Of a stretch of 24,000 nt of DNA, positions 15,406 to 22,858 are shown in pieces. The DNA is taken from contig WAQA01000185.1 in assembly GCA_015520475.1 (NCBI GenBank), forward strand, positions 3,505 through 27,504, written 5' to 3'. Every line of letters starts with the position of its first letter. Within the stretch, counting starts at the first letter, position 1. This DNA comes from Candidatus Bathyarchaeota archaeon (GTDB lineage Archaea; Thermoproteota; Bathyarchaeia; Bathyarchaeales; WAQA01). The notes beneath the pieces were generated by a model. That model made no database searches. It had not been told where the DNA came from and saw only the letters and a program-made list of their open reading frames with translations. The position numbers and the translations under genes are program-made.

Positions 15406-16593
15406 TTATGTTCCATTATATATTATGGGCTCCCTGTAAACGTCTGGACCAAATATCTTATAGATTATTAGATCCTCTCTTCCAGTGTTAACTATTCTAT
15501 GTGCTTCTGTAGCTGCTTCTGCCGTGATGAAGAGCTCATCCATCCCAGGCACTCCTCCTTTAACCTTAATTCCTTCAACAGATCCTTCTCCCCTCCAGAC
15601 AAAGAGCATGTAAGCTCCCTTCTCAACGCTTTCAACGGTTCTTCTAGGGTGGACGCGTATCTCCTTACCTGAGAACTTCCATGTCCTGTTAGGATTGAAT
15701 ATCCAATATTCAATTCCGTTTCCGTTCAGATCACTTATCTTCTCCGGGACCATGTGATACTTCCTGTAGAAGTACGGATCCCTAGACCTCTCCCAATCAA
15801 TAAGTCTGGCTACGGCTTCTTCATCAGGTAAGCCGCGCAGCATCTCCTCTTTAGGTATTCTCCTACCGTAACATACGGCTTGAAGTATATTGTATACGTC
15901 TGATTCTTCTTGAACTTCCAATGTCAACATTGTTCCAGGAGCATGAGGGACTCCAGGAAATATGTGAAATCCCTCTCCAACGTTCAGTCTATATGCCGGT
16001 GAAAGATCCAGAACCTTATCATCATTCCATCTCTTAAGTATAGGTAGTAGATCATCTTCTGAGACGTCTGGGTGTACCCCTAGATGCGAGTAGGGAAGCG
16101 GTCCCTTCTCCTCAACGTCGAGGAAATAGTATGCTTCCTCCTTTCCATTCATGTTCCAGTACCTCTTAGCGTCTTCTTCTTTTGCATGGATATGCCATGG
16201 TATCGGCGAACCTATATCCAAAATCTTAGTTAATACGCCGAACCTGTTGTTGTGTTCTCTGGCATATCTATCGCCTAACATTCTACCCGGAAAGATCTGA
16301 AGGGCATCCCTCAATCTAACTCTGCCTTTAACATGTGTAAGTGATATAAAACTTAATCCTTCATCCTCAACCTTTACAGGATTTACTGCTTCAACTGATG
16401 AAGCTAACCATCTCTCACAGATCCATCCTCTTTCAGGGCCAAGGTAGTAATTGTCCAGTCCTAACCTTCCCAGTCCAGGATATAATGTTCTAGGCACAAA
16501 GGTCGGCTCCAACCTTAAGATCCCATTTGAAAGGTCAAGTTCCCTTTTGAGGGCTCTCTCCAAATCAGCCATAAACACACCCAACAAAAACAT
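15406..16593 (-). CDS. Cupin-fold protein, type I phosphomannose-isomerase-like (function uncertain); probable true start at ATG 16572
   Basis: PWHIHAKEE...GKEEAYYFL...FHIFPGVPHAPG resembles the metal-binding His/Glu pattern of class I PMI-like cupins. TATA geometry points to a leaderless start at M8 (MADLERAL...). Confidence 0.5.
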   Translation of the reverse strand: MFLLGVFMADLERALKRELDLSNGILRLEPTFVPRTLYPGLGRLGLDNYYLGPERGWICERWLASSVEAVNPVKVEDEGLSFISLTHVKGRVRLRDALQIFPGRMLGDRYAREHNNRFGVLTKILDIGSPIPWHIHAKEEDAKRYWNMNGKEEAYYFLDVEEKGPLPYSHLGVHPDVSEDDLLPILKRWNDDKVLDLSPAYRLNVGEGFHIFPGVPHAPGTMLTLEVQEESDVYNILQAVCYGRRIPKEEMLRGLPDEEAVARLIDWERSRDPYFYRKYHMVPEKISDLNGNGIEYWIFNPNRTWKFSGKEIRVHPRRTVESVEKGAYMLFVWRGEGSVEGIKVKGGVPGMDELFITAEAATEAHRIVNTGREDLIIYKIFGPDVYREPIIYNGT

Positions 16594-16615
16594 ATATTAA
16601 AAATGCAATAAAAAA
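16592..16615. promoter_or_regulatory. Back-to-back divergent TATA boxes
   Basis: The minus strand reads TTTTAATATAT (plus 16592-16603), centred about 27 nt from ATG 16572. The plus strand reads AATAAAAAA (16607-16615), centred about 27 nt from GTG 16638. Confidence 0.45.
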
Positions 16616-16637
16616 TGAGCTCTACAGCGGTGGTTCT

Positions 16638-17369
16638 GTGGTGATAAGCGTTAACGTTGAGCTCTCAGCTAAAGATGCTTCGAAGGCTGTTGAGAGAGGA
16701 GACATTATAATAGTGATTGACGTTTTAAGATGTAGTTCAACGATTATAAATGCTTTAGTTAATGGAGCGAAAGGTATAATTCCGGTTGGAACGGTAAAGG
16801 AAGCCTTAGCGTTCCATAAAATATCATCCGATTATCTGCTGGCTGGTGAGAGAGGAGGGATTAAACCTGAAGGCTTCGACCTCGGAAATTCACCGCTTGA
16901 ATTTACACGTGAAAGGATAAATGGGAAGATCATTGTGTTAACTACAACAAGTGGAACGAAGGCCATACTAGAATCGAAGGATGCTAAATGGGTTCTGATA
17001 GGCGCCCTTCTAAACGTTAAAGATGTGGCTGAAAAGGCGATGAATATCGCCTTAAAGGAGAAGACAGGGATCTCACTGGTTACATCTGGAAAGAAGGGAA
17101 GATTCTCGCTTGAAGACTTCATATGTGCAGGAGCGATAATTGAATCTCTAAAGGGACATGAAATAACTCTTTCAGACTTAGCTCTAGCAGCTTCTTTAAC
17201 GTTTCAGAGAGCTTCTAGGAACATATATGAGACTATACTGAGGGGCGAGCATGCCCAGAGTCTAGTGAATCTGGGATTTATGAGAGATGTAGAATTCTGC
17301 TGCCGCATCAACCATTACAGTATTACGCCGATATATAGGGATGGAATAATAAGGATCGGTCAAACATAA
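16638..17369 (+). CDS. comB: 2-phosphosulfolactate phosphatase family protein (ComB-like)
   Basis: IVIDVLRCSSTIINAL, LLAGERGG.KPEGFDLGNSP and LTTTSGT are ComB-family motifs. No comA, comC or comDE is visible in the window, so the physiological role is open. Confidence 0.75.
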   Translation: MVISVNVELSAKDASKAVERGDIIIVIDVLRCSSTIINALVNGAKGIIPVGTVKEALAFHKISSDYLLAGERGGIKPEGFDLGNSPLEFTRERINGKIIVLTTTSGTKAILESKDAKWVLIGALLNVKDVAEKAMNIALKEKTGISLVTSGKKGRFSLEDFICAGAIIESLKGHEITLSDLALAASLTFQRASRNIYETILRGEHAQSLVNLGFMRDVEFCCRINHYSITPIYRDGIIRIGQT

Positions 17370-17453
17370 TTTCAAATATGCTTCCATCTCTTCTGAAGAT
17401 GTAAAGATATATCTCTAAGATCCCTATTAGCTCTATGTGGGGAGGGTTATCTT

Positions 17454-17690
17454 TTGGTTCATGGATATATCTTGATTAAAGCTTCTCTAGGAAGAGCAGT
17501 TGATGTTGCAGCTGAAGTATCAAAGGTTAATGGAGTAAAGGGTGCATGTGCAGTAACAGGCGAATACGATGTAATTGCAAGGTTTGAGGTTGAGGATTTA
17601 ACGGAATTAGCTGACGTTGTAGTTAAGGGAATACATCGTATAAACGGCGTAAATTCTACGTTAACCGCTATATGCGTCACATGCAAATAA
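17454..17690 (+). CDS. Stand-alone RAM (Lrp/AsnC ligand-binding) domain protein
   Basis: 78 aa. GYILIKASLGRAVDVAAEVSKVNGVKGACAVTGEYDVIARFEVEDLTELADVV...INGVNSTLT matches the AsnC_trans_reg fold pattern but has no HTH. The TTG start has a GGGGAGGG SD 7-8 nt upstream. Confidence 0.75.
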   Translation: MVHGYILIKASLGRAVDVAAEVSKVNGVKGACAVTGEYDVIARFEVEDLTELADVVVKGIHRINGVNSTLTAICVTCK

Positions 17691-17699
17691 TCCCCCCTC

Positions 17700-17706
17700 T
17701 TTTTTT
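17700..17706 (+). terminator. Oligo-T terminator after the RAM-domain gene
   Basis: CCCCCCTCTTTTTTT sits immediately after stop 17690, with a T7 run at 17700-17706. Confidence 0.5.
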
Positions 17707-17760
17707 GGAGAGTAGCCTCAACCTTAAATCGTCATTAAACATTAAGATGGATGATAGGTT

Positions 17761-18474
17761 ATGTGTGGAGGAGAGCGGCTCAAAGCTTCAATAATAATCC
17801 CAACATATCAGGAAGGAGATTACATCAAAAAGACTCTCTCAACCTTAACTGGACTGAATGAGTCGTCTGTAGAGATAATTATCGTTGACGGAGGAAGCAA
17901 GGATAATACGGTAGATATCGCGAGGAGATACGCCGATAAAGTTTACCGGCTAAATCAACGCGGAATATCAAGAGCCAAGAATTACGGGGCTGAGAGGGCG
18001 GCGGGTAATCTATTAATCTTCTTAGACGCGGATGTAACTGTTCCTCAGTTTTTCATGAAGAAGGTATATGAGGCGTTCCAAGATGGGAATGTTGTAGGTG
18101 CAACATGTAACATAATGCCTACAAATCCTAGACTGAGAGAGCTTATATTCTTTACATTCTATAATGGGCTTCTAAGGTTTCTCTCAAAGATTAAACCGCA
18201 TTCAAGAGGAGAGTTTATAGCTGTTAGGAGGGAAGCTTTCATGGCGATAAACGGCTTTAACGAGAATTTACCATGCGTAGAAGATCATGACTTAGCCCTC
18301 CGCCTCTCAAAACTTGGAAAATTCATCTTCATAGCAGATCTAACAGTTTATGAAACTCTGAGAAGAATGAGGAAGGCGGGCTTTCTAAGGACAATAGCCA
18401 CCTGGCTCACTGATTATTTATCTCTGATGCTGAGGGGTAAGCCAGTATCAAGGATATGGCGTTCAATAAGATAG
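17761..18474 (+). CDS. Family 2 glycosyltransferase (VDGGS subtype)
   Basis: ASIIIPTYQEGDYI, EIIIVDGGSKDNT, RGISRAKNYGAERAAGNLLIFLDADVTVP (the DxD motif) and NENLPCVEDHDLALRL support the call. Confidence 0.85.
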   Translation: MCGGERLKASIIIPTYQEGDYIKKTLSTLTGLNESSVEIIIVDGGSKDNTVDIARRYADKVYRLNQRGISRAKNYGAERAAGNLLIFLDADVTVPQFFMKKVYEAFQDGNVVGATCNIMPTNPRLRELIFFTFYNGLLRFLSKIKPHSRGEFIAVRREAFMAINGFNENLPCVEDHDLALRLSKLGKFIFIADLTVYETLRRMRKAGFLRTIATWLTDYLSLMLRGKPVSRIWRSIR

Positions 18475-18502
18475 AGAGACAAATAAGGATGCCGGAAAAC
18501 AG

Positions 18503-18512
18503 ATATTTTTAT
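18503..18512 (+). promoter_or_regulatory. Candidate TATA box for the radical SAM gene
   Basis: ATATTTTTAT implies a transcription start near 18534. That gives a leader of about 78 nt before TTG 18612, with the SD GGGTGGTG at 18594-18601. Confidence 0.35.
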
Positions 18513-18611
18513 CTTTGGCTTCCCTTCTTTAAGAAATCGTAGGTTATAGATGTTTGGAAGATGCAACAATCAATCTTTTAGGCTAGAAATGTAGGGTGGT
18601 GTTCTCTTAAG

Positions 18612-19676
18612 TTGATCTCAGCCTCGAAGGCCCTCAGCCTCTTAAGAAGGCTTCTAAAGCGTGGAGGAGTCTCCCATGCACAGTGGATGTTAACTAGAAG
18701 ATGCAATTATAGGTGTCGTGGCTGTAATGTTTGGGGTGACCAGGAAGAATCCGAATTATCTACAGATGAGGTCTTTAGGGGATTAGATATACTGCGGGAT
18801 TTAGGAGTTATTGAGATAGTCTTCTCCGGCGGGAATCCTCTCCTTAGAGAGGATATCGGAGAGATCCTAGATTATGCATCAGAGAGATTCATAACCACAG
18901 TATATGATAATGGTAGTTTAGCTGTTCATAAAATGGATGCGTTAAGGAATGTTGACTTTGTGGCTATATCTCTCGACACTTTAGATGAGAAGAAGAATGA
19001 TTATCTCAAGGGCGTTAATGGTGCATGGAAGGCTGCTATGAACGCTGTGGAGAAGTTGAAGGCTGAGGGTATCCCTGTAGGTGTTTCACCTACAATCTCC
19101 CAAGTAAACCTTTACGAGATAATTGATTTCACAAAGTACTTTGCAGATAGGAACGTTCCTGTCTGGTACTGCCTATACTGGTATGATTATCCATTTAAGG
19201 ATGGCATGTTCTCGATAGGTAAGAGGAACAGTGAATATGAGATAATTGATCGGAAGGAACTTGCCAGAGTGTGTACGGCGATAATGGATCTGAAGAGGCA
19301 ATATGACAACATATACATCACTGATAAGGCTCTCGAAGCGGTTAAGGAGCTAGCCTTAACTGGAAGGAGATTGTGGAGATGTAAGGCCCTCACAGACTTT
19401 CTAGTTGTGGATCATAAGGGGAGGGTTGCTGGCTGTCACTCGAGGGAGCCCGTTGCATCAATATTTGAGTTGCCGGCTGTCTGGAGAAGTCGAAGATTTA
19501 AAGAGTTGAGACGGAAGTATAGTGAATGCACTAACTGCGCTTATCTGTGCTATATCTTCTATTCTCTCCATGCTGGTCTACTGGGGAGCTTAGGGATAAT
19601 TAAGGAGCAATGGAGAAATATGAAACATTACGTGGAGAATGTTAGATCCTCATCGATTCCGAATAGAAGGTCTTAG
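18612..19676 (+). CDS. Radical SAM enzyme with C-terminal SPASM/twitch-like Cys domain
   Basis: C31-x3-C35-x2-C38 (RRCNYRCRGCN) is followed by FSGGNPLL. The C-terminal pattern is C257-x12-G-x4-C275 ... C306-x2-C309-x3-C313, which fits the first half of the SPASM signature plus a shortened second half. Confidence 0.85.
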   Translation: MISASKALSLLRRLLKRGGVSHAQWMLTRRCNYRCRGCNVWGDQEESELSTDEVFRGLDILRDLGVIEIVFSGGNPLLREDIGEILDYASERFITTVYDNGSLAVHKMDALRNVDFVAISLDTLDEKKNDYLKGVNGAWKAAMNAVEKLKAEGIPVGVSPTISQVNLYEIIDFTKYFADRNVPVWYCLYWYDYPFKDGMFSIGKRNSEYEIIDRKELARVCTAIMDLKRQYDNIYITDKALEAVKELALTGRRLWRCKALTDFLVVDHKGRVAGCHSREPVASIFELPAVWRSRRFKELRRKYSECTNCAYLCYIFYSLHAGLLGSLGIIKEQWRNMKHYVENVRSSSIPNRRS

Positions 19677-19710
19677 TTTAGACGGTTCCCATTCCTCCCG
19701 TATCCATCTC

Positions 19711-19899
19711 CTAAGATCTGCTCTCTGAGTAGAGAACTAGAAGGATTACTGTTCTATCAGGTAGGTTCGCTGTTAATGCTGTTATATCCTCCAACTTGAG
19801 ATTTTTGTCTTTAGACCAGCTGTTAAAGTCTGCCTCTAACTTCTCTCCAACTCTGGGCATCAAGCCGTAGGGGCCGAAAACCTTCAATTTCACAGCCAT
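19711..19899 (-). CDS. Hypothetical 62-aa protein (ORFan by eye)
   Basis: A strong SD, GGAGGTGA, lies 6 nt upstream of the ATG (plus-strand tcacctcc at about 19906-19913). The gene is 54 nt downstream of, and co-oriented with, the Dpm1-like GT2, and is convergent on the radical SAM gene. Confidence 0.55.
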   Translation of the reverse strand: MAVKLKVFGPYGLMPRVGEKLEADFNSWSKDKNLKLEDITALTANLPDRTVILLVLYSESRS

Positions 19900-19953
19900 C
19901 TACAATCACCTCCCAGCTTTTCAACTAAATCGTAATTGAGTTCCATTTTCAGT

Positions 19954-20700
19954 TCAAAGTTTATGGCGAGTACGTCCTTTAAATCTTAACTTCAGCAATA
20001 CCCATATAAATTCCAATATATCCTTTAATCTCAGCTTTGACTTTCCGGCCTTCCTATTCTTGAAGTATATTGGGACTTCAGATATCCTAGCTCCCTCCGT
20101 AACTGCATGGTATATCATATCTATCTGGAATGCGTATCCGTCAGCATCTATCTCATCCATTATTGATGATAAAAGATATGTTCTTATGGCTCTGAATCCG
20201 CTTGTACAGTCTGAAATGTTAAGTTTGAGGAGGAGACGGGGAAGGCCGTTTCCAATCATACTTATTAATCTCCTTTTCCAGCTCCATCCTTCAATACTGC
20301 CGCCGGCAATATATCTTGAACCTATTGCGAGATCGCTTCCATCACTTAAGGCCTTCAGGAGCCTTGGGATGTCGCTTGGGTTATGGGAGAGATCACCGTC
20401 CATCTCGACTATTACGTCCGCCTTCAACTTTTCCATTGCATATTTAAATCCATCCTTATATGCTGAGCCGAGTCCACATCGTCTCCGTCTCTCAAGAAGG
20501 AAGATCCTTCCCTTATTCTCTCTCATGAACCTTCTAACGATCCCTGAAGTGTCATCTGGACTGTTGTCATCAACTATGAGAATATATAATCTCCATTCTC
20601 CAGTAATACTCTCAGAAAGCCTTAAGACTCTAGGTAGGAGCGCTGAGATGTTCTCTCTCTCATTATATGTTGGAATGACGATGCAGCATCTAGAAGGCAA
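19954..20700 (-). CDS. Family 2 glycosyltransferase, dolichyl/polyprenyl-phosphate mannose (hexose) synthase-like
   Basis: CCIVIPTYNERENI, ILIVDDNSPDDT, VIVEMDGDLSHNP and SGFRA are Dpm1-like motifs. It uses a TTG start. Confidence 0.85.
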   Translation of the reverse strand: MPSRCCIVIPTYNERENISALLPRVLRLSESITGEWRLYILIVDDNSPDDTSGIVRRFMRENKGRIFLLERRRRCGLGSAYKDGFKYAMEKLKADVIVEMDGDLSHNPSDIPRLLKALSDGSDLAIGSRYIAGGSIEGWSWKRRLISMIGNGLPRLLLKLNISDCTSGFRAIRTYLLSSIMDEIDADGYAFQIDMIYHAVTEGARISEVPIYFKNRKAGKSKLRLKDILEFIWVLLKLRFKGRTRHKL

Positions 20701-20839
20701 ATGGAATCTTCCCCTTTCTTAACGTCTCATCGATTCGAACAGAACCTCCTATACAATAGGATGGATAACAATATTGCGGTTCACATACACATACTAGGAA
20801 TACTGCATTATCATATCAACTTATATTATGCTATATGCA

Positions 20840-20847
20840 ATATTTAG
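20840..20847 (+). promoter_or_regulatory. Candidate TATA box for adk (leaderless geometry)
   Basis: ATATTTAG is centred about 27 nt upstream of ATG 20871. Confidence 0.45.
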
Positions 20848-20870
20848 AGAGTATCTGGAGCTGATGCTGA

Positions 20871-21521
20871 ATGAAGATTATACTTTTAGGCCCTCCTGGA
20901 GCTGGGAAGGGAACGTATGCGTCGAGGCTTTCATCGAAATTTAATGTGCCACATATATCCACAGGTGATATCGTCCGTGAAGAAATACGTGCTGCCACCC
21001 CACTCGGCCTGAAGATTAAAGAGTACAGTGATAGAGGAGATCTTGTTCCGGACGAGATAATCACTGACTTACTTAAGAGGCGGCTGGAGAAGCCTGACTG
21101 TGCTAGAGGCTTCATATTGGATGGTTATCCGAGGACAATAGCACAGGCGGAGATGCTTGATAAGATAGCCGATATAGACTTGGTTATAAACTTGAATGTT
21201 CCAGATGACATTATAATTCAGCGTCTATCGAACAGGATGATCTGTAAAGTATGTGGGGCGATCTATAACAGGTTAACATTGAAACCGAAAATAGACAACA
21301 TATGTGATAAGTGTGGAGGGGAGCTGTATACTAGAGAGGATGATAAAGCAGAGGTTGTGCAGGAGCGGTTGAAGGTTTACAGAAGAAAAACTGAACCTTT
21401 AATAGATTATTATAGGAGGAAGGGGATGCTTAGAGAGGTGAGATGTGAAGATCCAATGATAAAGCCTGAAATAATGGTTGAGCGGATAGCCTCTATACTC
21501 AGGGATGCAGGGCTGACTTAG
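20871..21521 (+). CDS. adk: Adenylate kinase, long (bacterial-type) form with Cys4 zinc lid
   Basis: The P-loop is MKIILLGPPGAGKGT. GFILDGYPRT is conserved, and the lid is CKVCGAIYN...CDKCGGEL. Confidence 0.9.
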   Translation: MKIILLGPPGAGKGTYASRLSSKFNVPHISTGDIVREEIRAATPLGLKIKEYSDRGDLVPDEIITDLLKRRLEKPDCARGFILDGYPRTIAQAEMLDKIADIDLVINLNVPDDIIIQRLSNRMICKVCGAIYNRLTLKPKIDNICDKCGGELYTREDDKAEVVQERLKVYRRKTEPLIDYYRRKGMLREVRCEDPMIKPEIMVERIASILRDAGLT

Positions 21522-21541
21522 CCTTCTCATTTCTGCATGAA

Positions 21542-21547
21542 TTTTTT
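21542..21547 (+). terminator. Oligo-T tract after adk
   Basis: A T6 run lies 21 nt after the adk stop, in the 59-nt convergent spacer. Confidence 0.4.
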
Positions 21548-21580
21548 AGGAGGATTGTTCTTCACCATGTTTCTGAAGCG

Positions 21581-22480
21581 TTAAAGATTAGAACATCTCT
21601 TCCTAATCTTTGATAGGAGCCTCTCTCCCCTTCCTATTGCATCATTGTAGTTCCCATTCCAGATGTTGTCGACGAATCCTTCGTATTCTGTGGATCCAAG
21701 AATCTTCATCCTATCCTCGTACGGTTCTCTGGCTAGTATATCCAGTATCTCAACCTGAATCTTTAATGCTCTTATATATTTGGATCTGTTGAGGCTATCT
21801 GTCTTCTTCAATAGACGTGGAGCCAATTCTGAGAGTTTATCAACTATATGTTTAACCACTCTCTCCCCCAGTTTCCTGGAAGCGTATCTTCTTGGATCGT
21901 CGCCTATCACTCCTTCAAGCGGCTTCTCCAAATCTTTACTTAGTCTCTTCATATCTACGAGATCTGGTCTGAGAGCCCATAGAATCGAAGTCTCCCATTT
22001 AGCAGCGTGGTCCCCACGGTAACCAACTTCATAGGCAACCTCATATTCCGGCATAGGCGCAATTATAATGTTGCTTCCATACATGAAGTTGCATGCGGCT
22101 CTCTTCAGCCTATATAATTGTTCTATGCCGTAATGGCCTGTTATAGCAATTATAACTTTAAAGCCTACATGTTCCATCTGACTGAAGATTGCATAGAAGA
22201 GGTCCTCTATTAGGTTAGGGTTGAATCTTGTGGTCCATGGGTAGGGTACTCCTCCAATCGCCCAGTAAGTTGCCGGTGCAACGACCCCTCCAGTCCTCTT
22301 AGCAGCCCGTAAACATATCTCATAAGCTTTTAACGCGTCATTTCCAATGGCTAAATGTAGACTATGCCATTCAAGTGTTCCTAATGGAAGGTATAGTATA
22401 GGTTCTTCATCTATGATCCTTTCGATTTCATGTGGTAGGAGCTCTTCAAAACGAATCTTCCCTGTCATAACGATCACCAA
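21581..22480 (-). CDS. Creatininase/ArfB/MftE-family amidohydrolase with a C-terminal helical extension; probable start at ATG 22468
   Basis: LPLGTLEWHSLHLAIGNDAL is the E-x-H...D metal motif, and ITGHYG is the GHGG-like loop. The listed GTG start lies inside the SD GGTGAT that precedes the ATG (MTGKIRFEEL). Confidence 0.8.
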   Translation of the reverse strand: MVIVMTGKIRFEELLPHEIERIIDEEPILYLPLGTLEWHSLHLAIGNDALKAYEICLRAAKRTGGVVAPATYWAIGGVPYPWTTRFNPNLIEDLFYAIFSQMEHVGFKVIIAITGHYGIEQLYRLKRAACNFMYGSNIIIAPMPEYEVAYEVGYRGDHAAKWETSILWALRPDLVDMKRLSKDLEKPLEGVIGDDPRRYASRKLGERVVKHIVDKLSELAPRLLKKTDSLNRSKYIRALKIQVEILDILAREPYEDRMKILGSTEYEGFVDNIWNGNYNDAIGRGERLLSKIRKRCSNL

Positions 22481-22851
22481 AATTTAAATATCTCCTATAA
22501 GGCTGTTAATGACTTTCAATAAAATATTTATCTAAATTCTCGCAAGGAGTCCTCATGCGGAAGTGTTGGGATGGTTGTGGTTAGGCTTAAATATGATTTC
22601 TCAAGAGGAGATGGGCTGTTCCTGTGTAGAGGAATCTTCGAGTGTCTAAATTGTGGAATAGGGGTGTGGTGGGGGTTTTGATGTATGCGTAAATATGGCC
22701 CATGGGGTAATGGGCTCTATGGGATGGGAGAGCCGTGAACCCCCAAAAACCAGCGGATGTGGCTGATATGCGTAAAGCCCCAGCTAAACGCTGGAAACCC
22801 ATCCGAAAAGATGGGGCAGTTCACTGGCGATGCCGTATCTTCTTCATCAAC

Positions 22852-22858
22852 TTTAAAA
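22852..22858 (+). promoter_or_regulatory. Candidate TATA box for the MFS gene
   Basis: TTTAAAA is centred about 27 nt upstream of ATG 22882 (MLDLQTK...). This suggests a leaderless start at 22882 rather than 22858. Confidence 0.4.

Noticed and set aside
17761-22480. Calling the GT2 / rSAM-SPASM / creatininase set a mycofactocin-like RiPP cluster.
   Set aside because: There is no MftA-like precursor, no RRE/MftB and no MftD-type flavoenzyme. The genes are on mixed strands with separate promoters, and adk interrupts them. The resemblance is only a parts list, so I kept it as a low-commitment lead.
22587-22802. 71-aa minus-strand ORF in the GC-rich island.
   Set aside because: It has no SD or TATA in the right place, and its composition (many G, A, T, H, no clear fold pattern) looks non-coding. 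I treat it as part of the candidate ncRNA or regulatory island.
22780-22816. Origin-recognition-box idea: CGCTGGAAACCC...GATGGGG resembles the TGGAAAC plus G-string of archaeal ORB elements. I also noted the 10-bp palindrome TGGAGCTCCA at 8066-8075.
   Set aside because: The ORB dyad (TCCA.TGGA) is missing and there are no repeated inverted copies. There is also no adjacent AT-rich unwinding element and no orc1/cdc6 nearby.
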